From an uncultured Lachnospiraceae bacterium (GTDB lineage: Bacteria; Bacillota; Clostridia; Christensenellales; UBA1242): a DNA stretch of 39,328 bases. Within the stretch, counting starts at the first letter, position 1; each line of letters starts with the position of its first letter. The stretch spans positions 1 through 39,328 of the forward strand of contig CAYOEW010000004.1 in the NCBI GenBank assembly GCA_964403245.1, written 5' to 3'. The translations under genes and the position numbers were made by a program. Below, piece by piece: positions 6,849 to 16,772 of this stretch. The notes under the pieces are model-generated. The model saw only the letters and a program-made list of their open reading frames with translations. It did no database searches and was not told where the DNA came from.

Positions 6849-7415
6849 ATGAACGAATTGATTGATGAAATTTTGTCAACCTTCAAACAAGACCTTGAAA
6901 AAGCATATTTGCATCAGCAAAATGAATATCTTGTTATAAGGGCTGGCAGAGCAAATCCACACATTTTGGACAGAGTGATGGTGGAATATTATGGAGTCCC
7001 AACTCCAATCGTGCAAATGGGAACTGTCACTGTTTCTGAAGCAAGAATTTTGTGTATCAATGTTTGGGACGCATCACAAATTAAGAATGTTGAAAAAGCA
7101 ATTTCTGCATCAGACATTGGAATCACACCAACAAACGACGGAAAAACCATTCGTCTTGTCTTCCCAATGCTCACAGAAGAACGCCGTCGTGAAATCGTGA
7201 AAAATGTCAAGAAAATTTGCGAAGAAACAAAGATTGCGATGAGAAATTCAAGAAGAGATGCTCTTGACATGCTCAAAGACTTGAAAAAAGACGGAGAAAT
7301 TTCAGAAGATGAATTTGCAGTTGCTGAAAAAGATGTGCAAAAGTTGATTGACAAATACACCGACATTGCGGACAAAGAAGCAGACGCAAAAGAAAACGAA
7401 ATCATGAAAGTTTAA
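6849..7415 (+). CDS. frr: Ribosome recycling factor
   Basis: 188 aa from the ATG at 6849 (AAAGGAGA SD). Contains RAGRANPHILDRVMVEYYGVPTP and the charged C-terminal coiled coil typical of RRF. Followed by uppS-cdsA. Confidence 0.93.
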   Translation: MNELIDEILSTFKQDLEKAYLHQQNEYLVIRAGRANPHILDRVMVEYYGVPTPIVQMGTVTVSEARILCINVWDASQIKNVEKAISASDIGITPTNDGKTIRLVFPMLTEERRREIVKNVKKICEETKIAMRNSRRDALDMLKDLKKDGEISEDEFAVAEKDVQKLIDKYTDIADKEADAKENEIMKV

Positions 7416-7450
7416 CGCAAGAACGATACGAATTTTAAGGACACGTTAAA

Positions 7451-8149
7451 TTGAAAAAGAAACTGAAAAAAATTCCAACTCACATTGCTTTTATTATGGA
7501 TGGAAATCGTCGTTGGGCTGTCAAAAAAGGGCTTGACAAAATGTTGGGGCACAAACAAGGTGGTGTTGCACTCAAAAACATGATAAAGACCCTTGCGGAC
7601 TATCCCGAAATCAAATATGCTTCATTTTTTGGATTTTCAACGGAGAATTGGAACAGACAACAGAGTGAAATTGACTACCTTTTCTCTCTTGCATATGACC
7701 TTGTGAAAGAGAATGAGCAAACTTTGATTGAAAAGAACATTAAGTTTGTAAGCATGGGCGATGTTTCACGCTTTCCAGAAAATTTGAAAAATATCCTTAT
7801 AAAAGTGATGAAAGAAACCGAAAATAACACTGGGCTTGTCATCAATCTTGCCATGAACTATGGCGGACGGGATGATATTGTTCATGCTGTTAATCTTGCG
7901 CTTGAAAAAGGTGCAAAAAAAATTACTGTCGAAAATTTGAAAGAAAATCTTTACAGCAATCCTTCGCCAGACATTGACCTGATGATCAGAACAAGCGGTG
8001 AAATGCGACTTTCAAATTTCATGTTGTTCCAATTGGCATACAGTGAACTTTATTTCACAAAAACTTGCTGGCCAGCATTCGGCAGAAGAGAACTTGAAAA
8101 AGCCTTGAAAGTTTTTTCAAAAAGAAACAGAAGATTTGGGGGTAAATAA
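7451..8149 (+). CDS. uppS: Undecaprenyl-diphosphate synthase (cis-prenyltransferase)
   Basis: Motifs HIAFIMDGNRRWA, NYGGRDDIVHAV and IRTSGEMRLSNFMLFQLAYSELYF. TTG start. Confidence 0.93.
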   Translation: MKKKLKKIPTHIAFIMDGNRRWAVKKGLDKMLGHKQGGVALKNMIKTLADYPEIKYASFFGFSTENWNRQQSEIDYLFSLAYDLVKENEQTLIEKNIKFVSMGDVSRFPENLKNILIKVMKETENNTGLVINLAMNYGGRDDIVHAVNLALEKGAKKITVENLKENLYSNPSPDIDLMIRTSGEMRLSNFMLFQLAYSELYFTKTCWPAFGRRELEKALKVFSKRNRRFGGK

Positions 8150-9117
8150 TGAAAAAACGCATATATTCATCCATTTTGATTGTCTTTACACTTGCAATTT
8201 TGTTTGTGCTCAAAGTGTATGTCAGTGACTATTTCTTTGACGCATTTTTTGCAATTTTGGCTTGTGTTGGGGCATATGAAATGACAAAGTTGCTCGGAAG
8301 AATTGGGCTTTATAATCAACAAATGCCGGCAATTTTCTTCCCTGCTGTCATCCTTGCGTCAAATTTGATTGGAATTCATTGCGCGGATGTGACAAACAAT
8401 TTCTATTGGGTGCTTTACACCATTTTGATTGACATTGGACTTATGATTTTGGGTGCTTTGGGGGTCTTTTTGTTCACTCTCATCAGAAAAAAACAAAATG
8501 TCATCCACGAAATGCAGGTCAGAAATGTGCCAAACATGTCAATCAGAAAATTTGCCTTCAAAAAGGCTCTTCACACGTTGATTGCATTTGTTTATCCGAC
8601 ATTTGTGTTTATGTTCTTCATTTTTGTGAACCATATTGGCGACCTTCCACTTGAAAAATTCACAACAAACTACATTACAAACGCATCAACTTTCATTCTT
8701 CTGACTGCATTCTTGATTCCGATGATAACCGACACATTCGCAATGCTCACAGGAACAGTGATTGGCGGAAAGAAACTTTGTCCAAAAATCAGTCCAAACA
8801 AGACAATTTCTGGGTCAATTGGTGGAATTTTGTGGTGTGTGCTCTTCGGCGCATGCGTGTATTTGATTTTTGGGTGCATTCAAAGTTTTGAACCACTCAT
8901 GGAAATTTTCCCAATTTGGATGTATTTGATTATTGTCTTCCTTGGAAGTGCAATTGCTCAAGGTGGCGACCTTGTTGAGTCCATCATCAAGCGCAGAGCA
9001 GGAGTGTCTGACAGTGGGAAATTCTTGCCAGGACATGGCGGACTTTTGGACAGAATTGACTCTCACATTTTGATTGCTCCATACATCTTTTTGGCGTTTT
9101 TGATTTTTGCGATTTAA
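8149..9117 (+). CDS. cdsA: Phosphatidate cytidylyltransferase
   Basis: Polytopic membrane protein with the C-terminal signature IKRRAGVSDSGKFLPGHGGLLDRIDS. Confidence 0.9.
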   Translation: MKKRIYSSILIVFTLAILFVLKVYVSDYFFDAFFAILACVGAYEMTKLLGRIGLYNQQMPAIFFPAVILASNLIGIHCADVTNNFYWVLYTILIDIGLMILGALGVFLFTLIRKKQNVIHEMQVRNVPNMSIRKFAFKKALHTLIAFVYPTFVFMFFIFVNHIGDLPLEKFTTNYITNASTFILLTAFLIPMITDTFAMLTGTVIGGKKLCPKISPNKTISGSIGGILWCVLFGACVYLIFGCIQSFEPLMEIFPIWMYLIIVFLGSAIAQGGDLVESIIKRRAGVSDSGKFLPGHGGLLDRIDSHILIAPYIFLAFLIFAI

Positions 9118-9150
9118 CAAAAGACCAACAAAATTTTAAGGATTGATTGA

Positions 9151-10257
9151 ATGACAGTTTTGTATATTTTGCTGGCGATTGTGATTTTGCTCTTCATGGT
9201 GCTTATCCATGAGTTTGGACATTACATCGCAGGCAAGATTTTGAAATTTAAGATTACTGAATTTTCGATAGGGTTTGGACCTCCTATCTTTTCAAAAACC
9301 AGCAAAAAAACGGGGGAGAAATTCTCGCTCCGAATTTTTCCTTTGGGTGGATATTGCGCTTTTGACGGCGAAGATGATGACAATGAAAATCCTTCTCCGG
9401 ATGCATTTAACAGCCAAAAACCATGGAAGAGAATCATCGTTTTTCTTGCGGGCGTAACTGCAAATTTTTTGACAGCAATCATTTTTTCCTGGATTTTGCT
9501 TTGCACAACGGGATATGATGTTCCACAAATTTCAAGGGATGTCACATACAACGAAAATGTCTTTTTGCAGGATGATGTGATAACTCATGTTGACGGTCAA
9601 AAAATCGATTTTGCATTTGGAGAAAATTTCACAACAATGGTCAACAATCACAGAGCATCCGCAAAGGCGTTCTATGAGAGTGATGACTATGACAACACGA
9701 CTTACTCCTTTCAAATGACAGTCAAACGTGATGGTCAGGTGCAGGATTTGACAATTTATGTATATCGAGTTAAACAGCAAAACACCGAAACGGGAGAAGT
9801 TTCTTACAACTATCTGACTGGGCTTGAAAGCGAGTCCGCAAAAGATTCCTGCTTGACGCAATATGTTTATGACGCTTGGTCGGGATTTTGCCGTTCGTTT
9901 GAAATGGCATTCGGCTTTGCGTGGATTGTTTTGAAGAGTTTGTGGATGCTTATCACTTTTCAAATTCCAATCACACAAATGGGCGGAACAATCACCACAA
10001 TCTCAACTCTGGCGACATATGCTTCGCAAAACATGTCATATCTTTTGATTTTCATTCCGCTTATCGCTGCAAATTTGGCTGTGTTCAATCTTTTGCCATT
10101 CCCGGCGCTTGACGGCTCACATGTGCTTTTCACTCTCATTGAATGGATAAGAGGGAAGCCAATAAACCGCAAAGTTGAGAATATCATCCACTTCGTTGGA
10201 CTTTGCATATTGTTTGGATTTGTCGTCATTGTTGACATTTTACACTTTGTGCTTTAA
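9151..10257 (+). CDS. rseP: M50 site-2 (RIP) zinc metalloprotease, RseP/RasP type
   Basis: HEFGH lies in the first TM segment, and the second motif is NLLPFPALDGSH. The position after cdsA is conserved. Confidence 0.88.
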   Translation: MTVLYILLAIVILLFMVLIHEFGHYIAGKILKFKITEFSIGFGPPIFSKTSKKTGEKFSLRIFPLGGYCAFDGEDDDNENPSPDAFNSQKPWKRIIVFLAGVTANFLTAIIFSWILLCTTGYDVPQISRDVTYNENVFLQDDVITHVDGQKIDFAFGENFTTMVNNHRASAKAFYESDDYDNTTYSFQMTVKRDGQVQDLTIYVYRVKQQNTETGEVSYNYLTGLESESAKDSCLTQYVYDAWSGFCRSFEMAFGFAWIVLKSLWMLITFQIPITQMGGTITTISTLATYASQNMSYLLIFIPLIAANLAVFNLLPFPALDGSHVLFTLIEWIRGKPINRKVENIIHFVGLCILFGFVVIVDILHFVL

Positions 10258-10263
10258 AAAAAG

Positions 10264-10289
10264 ATAAGAGAGCAATTTCTTATTTTTTT
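10264..10289 (+). terminator. Weak AT-rich terminator after rseP
   Basis: Stem ATAAGAGA/TTTCTTAT followed by T6. Confidence 0.4.
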
Positions 10290-10298
10290 GTCTGTAGC

Positions 10299-10327
10299 TT
10301 GACAAAATTCGAGTTTTTTTATACAAT
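10299..10327 (+). promoter_or_regulatory. Promoter of the PolC-like exonuclease gene (leaderless configuration)
   Basis: TTGACA-17-TACAAT. Only 6 nt separate the -10 from the ATG at 10334, and there is no SD. Confidence 0.55.
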
Positions 10328-10333
10328 CATAAC

Positions 10334-11866
10334 ATGAATTTTCAAGAAGAATTTCGCGGTAAATTTGGGAATAAGTTTGATTGGTTGTGCTTGAAAGATG
10401 TCGTTGTGAAAAAAAAGGACAAAACTTGCATAATCACTTTTTTGGAACCTTCAACAATTGAGGGACTTTCTGATGCGCAAAAAATGGAGATTGTTGAGTG
10501 GTTGAAAGACCTTCTCCAACTCGAAAAATTGCAACTTAAAGTCAAATTCATGAAAGTATATGTTGAAGAACGCCTCATTTTGAAGGCAGTCAAAACTTTC
10601 TTTGAGAAAAAATACAAGGTTATCACGCCATATTTGAACGATGAGAGTTTCAAAATCAAAATCACTCCGATTGATGTGATTGTCGACATTGTGGTGAGTG
10701 AGAAAATGGTTGATTTCTTTAATGACCACAAAATCTGTGGTGAACTTTCAAAATATCTCAAATCAAACTTTTTGGTTGAATTTGTGACAAATGTTACAGC
10801 AAATCCTGAAATTGTGGATGAAGTTGACATCAAAAATGTTGAAATGAAAACAACTCATAAAGTGGCAAAGAGATATAACGTTGAAATCGTCAAAGAAGTC
10901 ATTGGAAAGGGGATTTTGCCAAAGCCGGAATATCTTTCAAACATCAAATCAACAAAAGACAGCGTGATTGTTGCGGGATTTATTAACAAATTTGAGCGAC
11001 ATGAATATATTGCAAAATCTGGCAGATATCTTGGACAAGCAAGGACATTTTTCACATTTGTTTTGGAAGATGAGAAAGGAAAAATGGAATGTATCTATTT
11101 TTGCGGAAAAACAAACATTCCAGTCATGGAAAAACTCGAAGACTTCATGTTTGTGCTTCTCCATGGCGATGTCAAACCAAACAAAATGGGAAAACTTTCG
11201 CTTGTTGTTGACAAAATTGCACTTGCAAGTAAATTGGAGAAAACACCTATGAAAATTGAAGAACCAAAACATGACAAAAAAGTTGTTCAGATTGAAAGAA
11301 TTTTTTCAGAAGAGCAGGACAGTATGTTTAAACAAAAATGTCGATATAACAACAATGTTGCTGGCAAAAACATTGTTGTGTTTGACATTGAAACAACAGG
11401 ACTTTCCACAGATGAAGACGAAATCATTGAACTTGGTGCTGTCAAAATCTGTGATGGAAAAATTGTTGAAAAATTCTCGACTTTTGCGAAACCTTCAATT
11501 GAAATTCCATATGAAGTTGTGAATTTGACAGGAATTACAGACGAAATGGTCGACAAAGCACCACCAATTGAATGGGTGCTTGAAGAATTTTATGACTTTG
11601 TACAGGGGTGCGTTCTTTGTGGACATAACATCATCAACTTTGACATAAAATTCATCAGAAGATTGGGCAGAGAGTTTGGAATTGAGTTTGACAATCCGTT
11701 GCTTGACACATACAATCTTGCCAGAACAAGCGGACTTCGAACGACAAAGTTTAATTTGGGGACTGTTACAAAACTTTTGGGAATAAGTTTGGAAGGTGCT
11801 CACAGGGCGTGGAATGATGCTTTTGCGACAGCACAAGTGCTTTTGAAACTCTCGGAAGTGAAATAA
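10334..11866 (+). CDS. PolC-like N-terminal/OB region fused to a DnaQ-type 3'-5' exonuclease, with no polymerase domains
   Basis: Exo I is VVFDIETTGL, Exo II is CGHNIINFDIKF and Exo III is GAHRAWNDAFATAQV. An OB-like segment, VIVAGFINKFERHEYIAKSGR...FTFVLEDEKGKMECIYF, resembles the PolC OB domain. The gene occupies the polC slot between rseP and rimP. Confidence 0.8.
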   Translation: MNFQEEFRGKFGNKFDWLCLKDVVVKKKDKTCIITFLEPSTIEGLSDAQKMEIVEWLKDLLQLEKLQLKVKFMKVYVEERLILKAVKTFFEKKYKVITPYLNDESFKIKITPIDVIVDIVVSEKMVDFFNDHKICGELSKYLKSNFLVEFVTNVTANPEIVDEVDIKNVEMKTTHKVAKRYNVEIVKEVIGKGILPKPEYLSNIKSTKDSVIVAGFINKFERHEYIAKSGRYLGQARTFFTFVLEDEKGKMECIYFCGKTNIPVMEKLEDFMFVLLHGDVKPNKMGKLSLVVDKIALASKLEKTPMKIEEPKHDKKVVQIERIFSEEQDSMFKQKCRYNNNVAGKNIVVFDIETTGLSTDEDEIIELGAVKICDGKIVEKFSTFAKPSIEIPYEVVNLTGITDEMVDKAPPIEWVLEEFYDFVQGCVLCGHNIINFDIKFIRRLGREFGIEFDNPLLDTYNLARTSGLRTTKFNLGTVTKLLGISLEGAHRAWNDAFATAQVLLKLSEVK

Positions 11867-11910
11867 AACCGATAAAATCAAAAAATTATCAATTTTTATT
11901 TGAAATTGTC

Positions 11911-11939
11911 TTGCTTTTTGTGTGATTATCGGTTATAAT
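11911..11939 (+). promoter_or_regulatory. Promoter of the rimP-nusA-infB operon
   Basis: TTGCTT-17-TATAAT. Confidence 0.5.
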
Positions 11940-11955
11940 AATCATATCTTGACAG

Positions 11956-11981
11956 GAGGTAGGCAAATATTTGCCTACCTC
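11956..11981 (+). promoter_or_regulatory. Perfect 26-nt palindrome/hairpin in the rimP-nusA leader
   Basis: GAGGTAGGCAAAT|ATTTGCCTACCTC, followed by CTTGCATT. It lies about 17 nt after the -10 and 33 nt before the rimP ATG. Confidence 0.5.
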
Positions 11982-12013
11982 TTGCATTAAAAAGACATTT
12001 TTTGGAGGTAAAA

Positions 12014-12472
12014 ATGGCAAAAGTCAAACTTATTTGCGAAGAAAAGCTTGCGCCTGTGATTGCTCAACTGGGCTATGAACTTGTTGATGTTGAGTATGTC
12101 AAAGAAAACGGCGGAATGTCCTTGATTTTCACAATTGACAAGGACGGCGGGGTGACAATTGATGATTGTGAAGTTGTGAACAGAGCAATCGACCCACTTT
12201 TGGATGAAATCAATCCAACTGATGACAAACCATACACTTTGGTGGTGAGTTCACCGGGACTTGACAGACCGCTCAAAACGGACAGAGATTTAAACAGAAA
12301 TCTTGGAAACGAAGTTGATGTGACGTTGTTCGCAAAATTGGACGGAAAAAAGACATTTACTGGTGTTTTAAGTTCGTTTGACGAAAAGACAATCACGCTT
12401 CAAGAAGAGTCGACACAAACTGTGCTTGAAAGAGAAAAAATTGCCTCAATCAAGTTGGTTATAAAATTTTAA
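12014..12472 (+). CDS. rimP: Ribosome maturation factor RimP
   Basis: ATG at 12014 follows a GGAGGT SD. Contains LGYELVDVEY and VSSPGLDRPLK. Lies immediately upstream of nusA. Confidence 0.88.
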   Translation: MAKVKLICEEKLAPVIAQLGYELVDVEYVKENGGMSLIFTIDKDGGVTIDDCEVVNRAIDPLLDEINPTDDKPYTLVVSSPGLDRPLKTDRDLNRNLGNEVDVTLFAKLDGKKTFTGVLSSFDEKTITLQEESTQTVLEREKIASIKLVIKF

Positions 12473-12482
12473 GGAGAACAAA

Positions 12483-13649
12483 ATGGTAAACAAAGATTTT
12501 TTTAAGGCACTCGATGACCTTGAAACAGAAAAGAAAATTGACAAACAAACTTTCATCGAAACTTTGGAAACTGCACTCACATCTGCATACAAAAAGATGT
12601 ATGGTGAAGCAAAGTCTGCAATGGTAAAACTCTTTCCAGAGAGAAACACAATCAGAATTTATTCCTACAAAACCGTCGTTGACGAAGTTGAAGACGAAGA
12701 CAAACAAATTTCCCTTGCTGATGCAAGAACAATCAAAAAGTCATACAAAGTTGGGGATATTGTTTCAGTTGAAGAGTCAACAAAGGACTTCGGAAGAATT
12801 GCTGCTCAAACTGCAAAACAAGTTGTTATGCAAAAATTGAGAGAAATGGAAAGACAAAATGCCATCAGTGAACTTTCTGAAAAGGAAGATGAACTCTTGA
12901 CAACAATCGTAAAACGCGTTGACGAAGACAATGTCTATGTTCAGATTGCTGGAACAAACACTGAAGGTGTCATGATGAGAAACGACCAAATTCCAGGCGA
13001 CAAGTTTAACGTTGGCGACCGTGTGAAAGTTTATGTGAAGAAAATCAAAGACTCTTTTCATGGTCCACAAATTCAAGTTTCAAGAAGCAACATTGGATTT
13101 GTAAGAAAATTGTTTGAACTTGAAATTCCTGAAATCGCAAGTGGAGAAGTAAAAATCAAAAACATTGCTCGTGACCCAGGAAATCGTGCAAAAGTTGCTG
13201 TCTACACAGAAAAACAGAATGTTGATGCAATTGGTGCATGTGTTGGAAATCGTGGCACAAGAATTAACACAATTTGCAACGAACTTAACGGAGAAAAAAT
13301 TGACCTTGTTGAATATTCAGATGACCCACTTGAATATATTGCAAGAGCCCTTGCTCCAGCAAAGGTTTTGTCGGTTGAAACAAATGACAGTTTGAATATG
13401 TCACAAGTCATCGTTCCAGACGACAAACTTTCACTTGCAATTGGCAGAGGTGGACAAAATGTCAGACTTGCTGCAAGACTTACAGGTTGGAAGATTGATG
13501 TTAAGCCAGAAAGTTACTTGAAGCCAACAACAGAAGTTGGGGAAACTCAAGAAACAGAATATGAACTTACTGAACTTTCAGATGACAACTCATTTGATGA
13601 AATGAGCGATTTGGAAGAACTTGAACCAATTGATACTGAAAACATCTAA
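12483..13649 (+). CDS. nusA: Transcription termination/antitermination factor NusA
   Basis: The S1 region is followed by two KH motifs (GACVGNRGTRI; AIGRGGQNVRLAARLTGWKIDV) and an acidic tail. Confidence 0.95.
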   Translation: MVNKDFFKALDDLETEKKIDKQTFIETLETALTSAYKKMYGEAKSAMVKLFPERNTIRIYSYKTVVDEVEDEDKQISLADARTIKKSYKVGDIVSVEESTKDFGRIAAQTAKQVVMQKLREMERQNAISELSEKEDELLTTIVKRVDEDNVYVQIAGTNTEGVMMRNDQIPGDKFNVGDRVKVYVKKIKDSFHGPQIQVSRSNIGFVRKLFELEIPEIASGEVKIKNIARDPGNRAKVAVYTEKQNVDAIGACVGNRGTRINTICNELNGEKIDLVEYSDDPLEYIARALAPAKVLSVETNDSLNMSQVIVPDDKLSLAIGRGGQNVRLAARLTGWKIDVKPESYLKPTTEVGETQETEYELTELSDDNSFDEMSDLEELEPIDTENI

Positions 13650-13661
13650 TAAGGGGCTTGA

Positions 13662-13922
13662 ATGGACAAACATAAAGAAAAAATCAGAATGTGCATTGTA
13701 TGTCGCGCGCAAAGTGACAAAAAAACTTTGCTTCGAATTGTGAAAAACAAGGAAAATCAAATCTTTGTTGACAAAACCGGAAAGGCAAATGGCAGAGGGG
13801 CATATGTGTGCAAGTCGAAAGAGTGCTTTGACAAACTTAAAAAGACAAAAGCACTCAATCGTGCCTTTAAATGTGCTGTTCCTGAAGAAATTTACGAAAA
13901 ATTGGGAGAAGAATTTGAATAG
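13662..13922 (+). CDS. rnpM: YlxR/RnpM family RNA-binding protein (DUF448)
   Basis: Contains RMCIVCR...LLRIV...VDKTGKANGRGAYVC. Conserved nusA-ylxR-ylxQ-infB context. Confidence 0.85.
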   Translation: MDKHKEKIRMCIVCRAQSDKKTLLRIVKNKENQIFVDKTGKANGRGAYVCKSKECFDKLKKTKALNRAFKCAVPEEIYEKLGEEFE

Positions 13923-13932
13923 TTTGCAAGGA

Positions 13933-14196
13933 ATGATATCAATCGCAAGAAAGGGTAGATATGTGGTGATTGGGCTGGATAACTTGAAAGCACACACCCA
14001 AAAACTTTACCTTCTTCTTGTTGACAAAAATGCAGGAAAAAGTCTTTCAAGAGAAATGCACTTTATGTCCGAAAAAAAACAAATTCCGCTTATTGAAATC
14101 GAAAATCTTTCGGAAATAATCGAAAAATGCAAGGCTGTGGGCATCAAAAACAAAGCCATAAGCGAGAGCATAGTCAAAATGTTAAAAGGAGAATAA
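13933..14196 (+). CDS. L7Ae-family RNA-binding protein (YlxQ-like)
   Basis: Small ORF between ylxR and infB with an L7Ae-like pattern (GRYVVIG...LLLVDKNAGKS...IPLIEI). The start is ambiguous between the ATG at 13933 and the TTG at 13924. The long ORF-track version (13765) overlaps ylxR and is rejected. Confidence 0.65.
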   Translation: MISIARKGRYVVIGLDNLKAHTQKLYLLLVDKNAGKSLSREMHFMSEKKQIPLIEIENLSEIIEKCKAVGIKNKAISESIVKMLKGE

Positions 14197-14197
14197 T

Positions 14198-16735
14198 TTG
14201 GCAACACAACAACTCAACTCACTTAAAACAATCAACAACATACAAAGAGATGGCTCTTTGCAAAATCTTTTGTTGTCCATCAAACAGTCAAAAACGGACA
14301 TCGACAACTTCTCAAAAGCTCTTTCGGAGCAAAAAAACAAGTTGCAAATTAAGGCGAAAGAAGAAGAGAAAAAAAGACAGGAACTTGAACTGAAAAAGCA
14401 ACAAGAACAAATCAAAGAAGAAGAAAGAAAAGAATTTGAAAAAGCAGTTGCTCCAAAACAGGAAGTTAAGAGAGAAAAACAGATTTTCTCACAGGGAAAT
14501 AATCAAACAAACAACTTCCGCAAGTTTGATGGTCAGAACAAGAATTTCCAAGGAAGAAATCCTCAACAAAAGAACTTCTCAAACAATAATTCTTCCCAAA
14601 ATGGAAACAACAGATTTGGCGGACAGAGAAACTTCCAAAATAATGGAGCTCGTCCAAATGGAAACTTCAACAGACCGCAACAAAATGGTCAAAAGAAGAC
14701 TGGTCCGTTTGTGTCAACAAGAGCAAATGGCTTCAAATCTTTTGCTCAACCGACCGAAAGTAGTGCTGTTTTGGCTCAACCAGAGAGAAACTTTGGAAAC
14801 AAAAACAAACAGCGCAGAAATATTGATGAATCCAAGAAAATCAGCGCAAAGGCAAGAGCAAATTCTTTGAAACAAAACAACATTCTTGTCATGGATGAAG
14901 ATGGTTTTGAAGAAACAACAATGGGTTCAAGAAAACTCATAAAGAAAAAGAAAGAAGTCGAAGTTAAGGTTGCTCCACAAGTCACACATGCAATTTTGAC
15001 ATCAAACGAAATCACTGTGAAGGAATTGAGTGAAAAAATTGGAAAACCTGTTGCCGAAATTGTCAAAAAATTGATGATTTTGGGGGTTATGGCGACAATT
15101 AACAGCACAATTGACTTTGATACTTGCGAACTTGTTGCAAGCGAATTGGGTGTTGAACTTGAACTTAAACTTGACAAAACATATGAAGAAAAATTGCTTG
15201 AAACTTCAATTGAAGAAGATGACAAAAACTTGACAAAACGCCCACCAGTTGTCACTGTAATGGGACACGTTGACCATGGAAAAACATCTCTTCTTGACGC
15301 TTTCAGAAAGACGAATGTCGTTTCGGGTGAAGCCGGCGGAATCACGCAAAAAATTGGTGCTTATCAAATTTCGTTTAACGGCGAAAAAATCACTTTCATT
15401 GACACTCCTGGACACGCTGCGTTCACTTCAATGCGTGCTCGTGGTGCGGAAGTGACGGACATTGCAATTTTGGTTGTCGCTGCCGATGATGGAATCATGC
15501 CACAAACAGTTGAAGCAATCAATCACATCAAAGCTGCAAACGTTCCAATGATTGTTGCAATCAACAAAATGGACAAGCCTGAAGCAAATCCTGACCGCGT
15601 GAAGCAACAACTCACAGAACATGGAATTTTGCCAGAAGAGTGGGGCGGAGATGCAATTTGCGTTCCAATTTCTGCAAGAACAGGAATGGGACTTGACGAA
15701 CTTAAAAAGATGATTTTGCTTGTTGCAGAAATGCAAGAACTCAAAGCAAATCCAAACAAAATTGCAACAGGATCAGTCATTGAAGCAGAACTTGACAAAT
15801 CAAGGGGTGCTGTTGCAACTGTGCTTGTTCAAAATGGAACTCTCAAAATTGGCGACTCAATCATGTCCGGAATCACATTCGGAAAGGTTAAAGCTATGTT
15901 TGATGAAAACGGAAAACCTGTCAAAAAGGCACTTCCTTCAACACCTGTTGCTGTCATGGGCTTCAACGATGTTCCAAGTGCTGGTGATGCGGTTTATGCC
16001 GTTGAAGAAAGCCTGTCAAAACAAGTTATCAACGAGAGAATAAACAAAATCAAACAAGAGCGTGCAAAACATACATCTGGCGTCAGCGCCGATGACTTTA
16101 TGAGTCGCGTGCATGAAGGAAACTTGAAAAACCTCAACATCATCATCAAGGCTGACACGCAGGGGTCTGTTGAAGCACTTAAATCAACTCTTGAAGCCAT
16201 TCGAAATGACGAAGTTAAAGTTGTTTGCATACACAGTGCACCGGGTGCAATCACAGAAAGCGATTTGGTGCTTGCTCAAACAACTGGTGCGATTGTTGTT
16301 GCGTTCAACATCAAAACACCAAACAAGATGATGCAGATGGTTGACAGTTTGAAGGTTCAATTCATCGAATCAAAGATTATCTATGAAATTGTTGACCAAA
16401 TCACCCGTCTTTCAAAGGGAATGATGGCAATCAAATATGAAGAGATATATCTTGGAAGCGCGGAAATCAGAGTTGTGTTCAAACTTTCATCTGCCGGAAA
16501 GGTTGCTGGAAGTTATGTGCTTGATGGAACAATGAAACGTAACGGAATTGCAAAAATCAAGCGTAAAGGCGAAATTATCGGCGACAGCGTCATTGACAGT
16601 TTGCGTATTGTCAAGGACGAAAAGGGTGAAGTTAACAAGGGATTTGAGTGCGGAATCAAACTCAAAGACAATATTGACTTCATGGAAGGCGATATTATTG
16701 AATGTTATTTGAAACAAGAAGTGAAAAGAGATTAG
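14198..16735 (+). CDS. infB: Translation initiation factor IF-2
   Basis: G-domain motifs [20 protein letters not shown] and NKMD. TTG start after AAAGGAGA. The N-terminal region is low-complexity. Confidence 0.95.
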   Translation: MATQQLNSLKTINNIQRDGSLQNLLLSIKQSKTDIDNFSKALSEQKNKLQIKAKEEEKKRQELELKKQQEQIKEEERKEFEKAVAPKQEVKREKQIFSQGNNQTNNFRKFDGQNKNFQGRNPQQKNFSNNNSSQNGNNRFGGQRNFQNNGARPNGNFNRPQQNGQKKTGPFVSTRANGFKSFAQPTESSAVLAQPERNFGNKNKQRRNIDESKKISAKARANSLKQNNILVMDEDGFEETTMGSRKLIKKKKEVEVKVAPQVTHAILTSNEITVKELSEKIGKPVAEIVKKLMILGVMATINSTIDFDTCELVASELGVELELKLDKTYEEKLLETSIEEDDKNLTKRPPVVTVMGHVDHGKTSLLDAFRKTNVVSGEAGGITQKIGAYQISFNGEKITFIDTPGHAAFTSMRARGAEVTDIAILVVAADDGIMPQTVEAINHIKAANVPMIVAINKMDKPEANPDRVKQQLTEHGILPEEWGGDAICVPISARTGMGLDELKKMILLVAEMQELKANPNKIATGSVIEAELDKSRGAVATVLVQNGTLKIGDSIMSGITFGKVKAMFDENGKPVKKALPSTPVAVMGFNDVPSAGDAVYAVEESLSKQVINERINKIKQERAKHTSGVSADDFMSRVHEGNLKNLNIIIKADTQGSVEALKSTLEAIRNDEVKVVCIHSAPGAITESDLVLAQTTGAIVVAFNIKTPNKMMQMVDSLKVQFIESKIIYEIVDQITRLSKGMMAIKYEEIYLGSAEIRVVFKLSSAGKVAGSYVLDGTMKRNGIAKIKRKGEIIGDSVIDSLRIVKDEKGEVNKGFECGIKLKDNIDFMEGDIIECYLKQEVKRD

Positions 16736-16755
16736 GAAATAATCTCTTTTGCTTT
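16724..16755 (+). terminator. Hairpin overlapping the infB stop codon (partial terminator or processing site?)
   Basis: An 11-bp stem AAAAGAGATTA/TAATCTCTTTT with a 5-nt loop is followed by GCTTT. Confidence 0.35.
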
Positions 16756-16772
16756 ATAAAAGGAGAGAATTT

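Noticed and set aside
13765-14196. 143-aa version of the ylxQ ORF
   Set aside because: The first 56 codons overlap ylxR in another frame and have no L7Ae-like sequence. The real start is at about 13924-13933.
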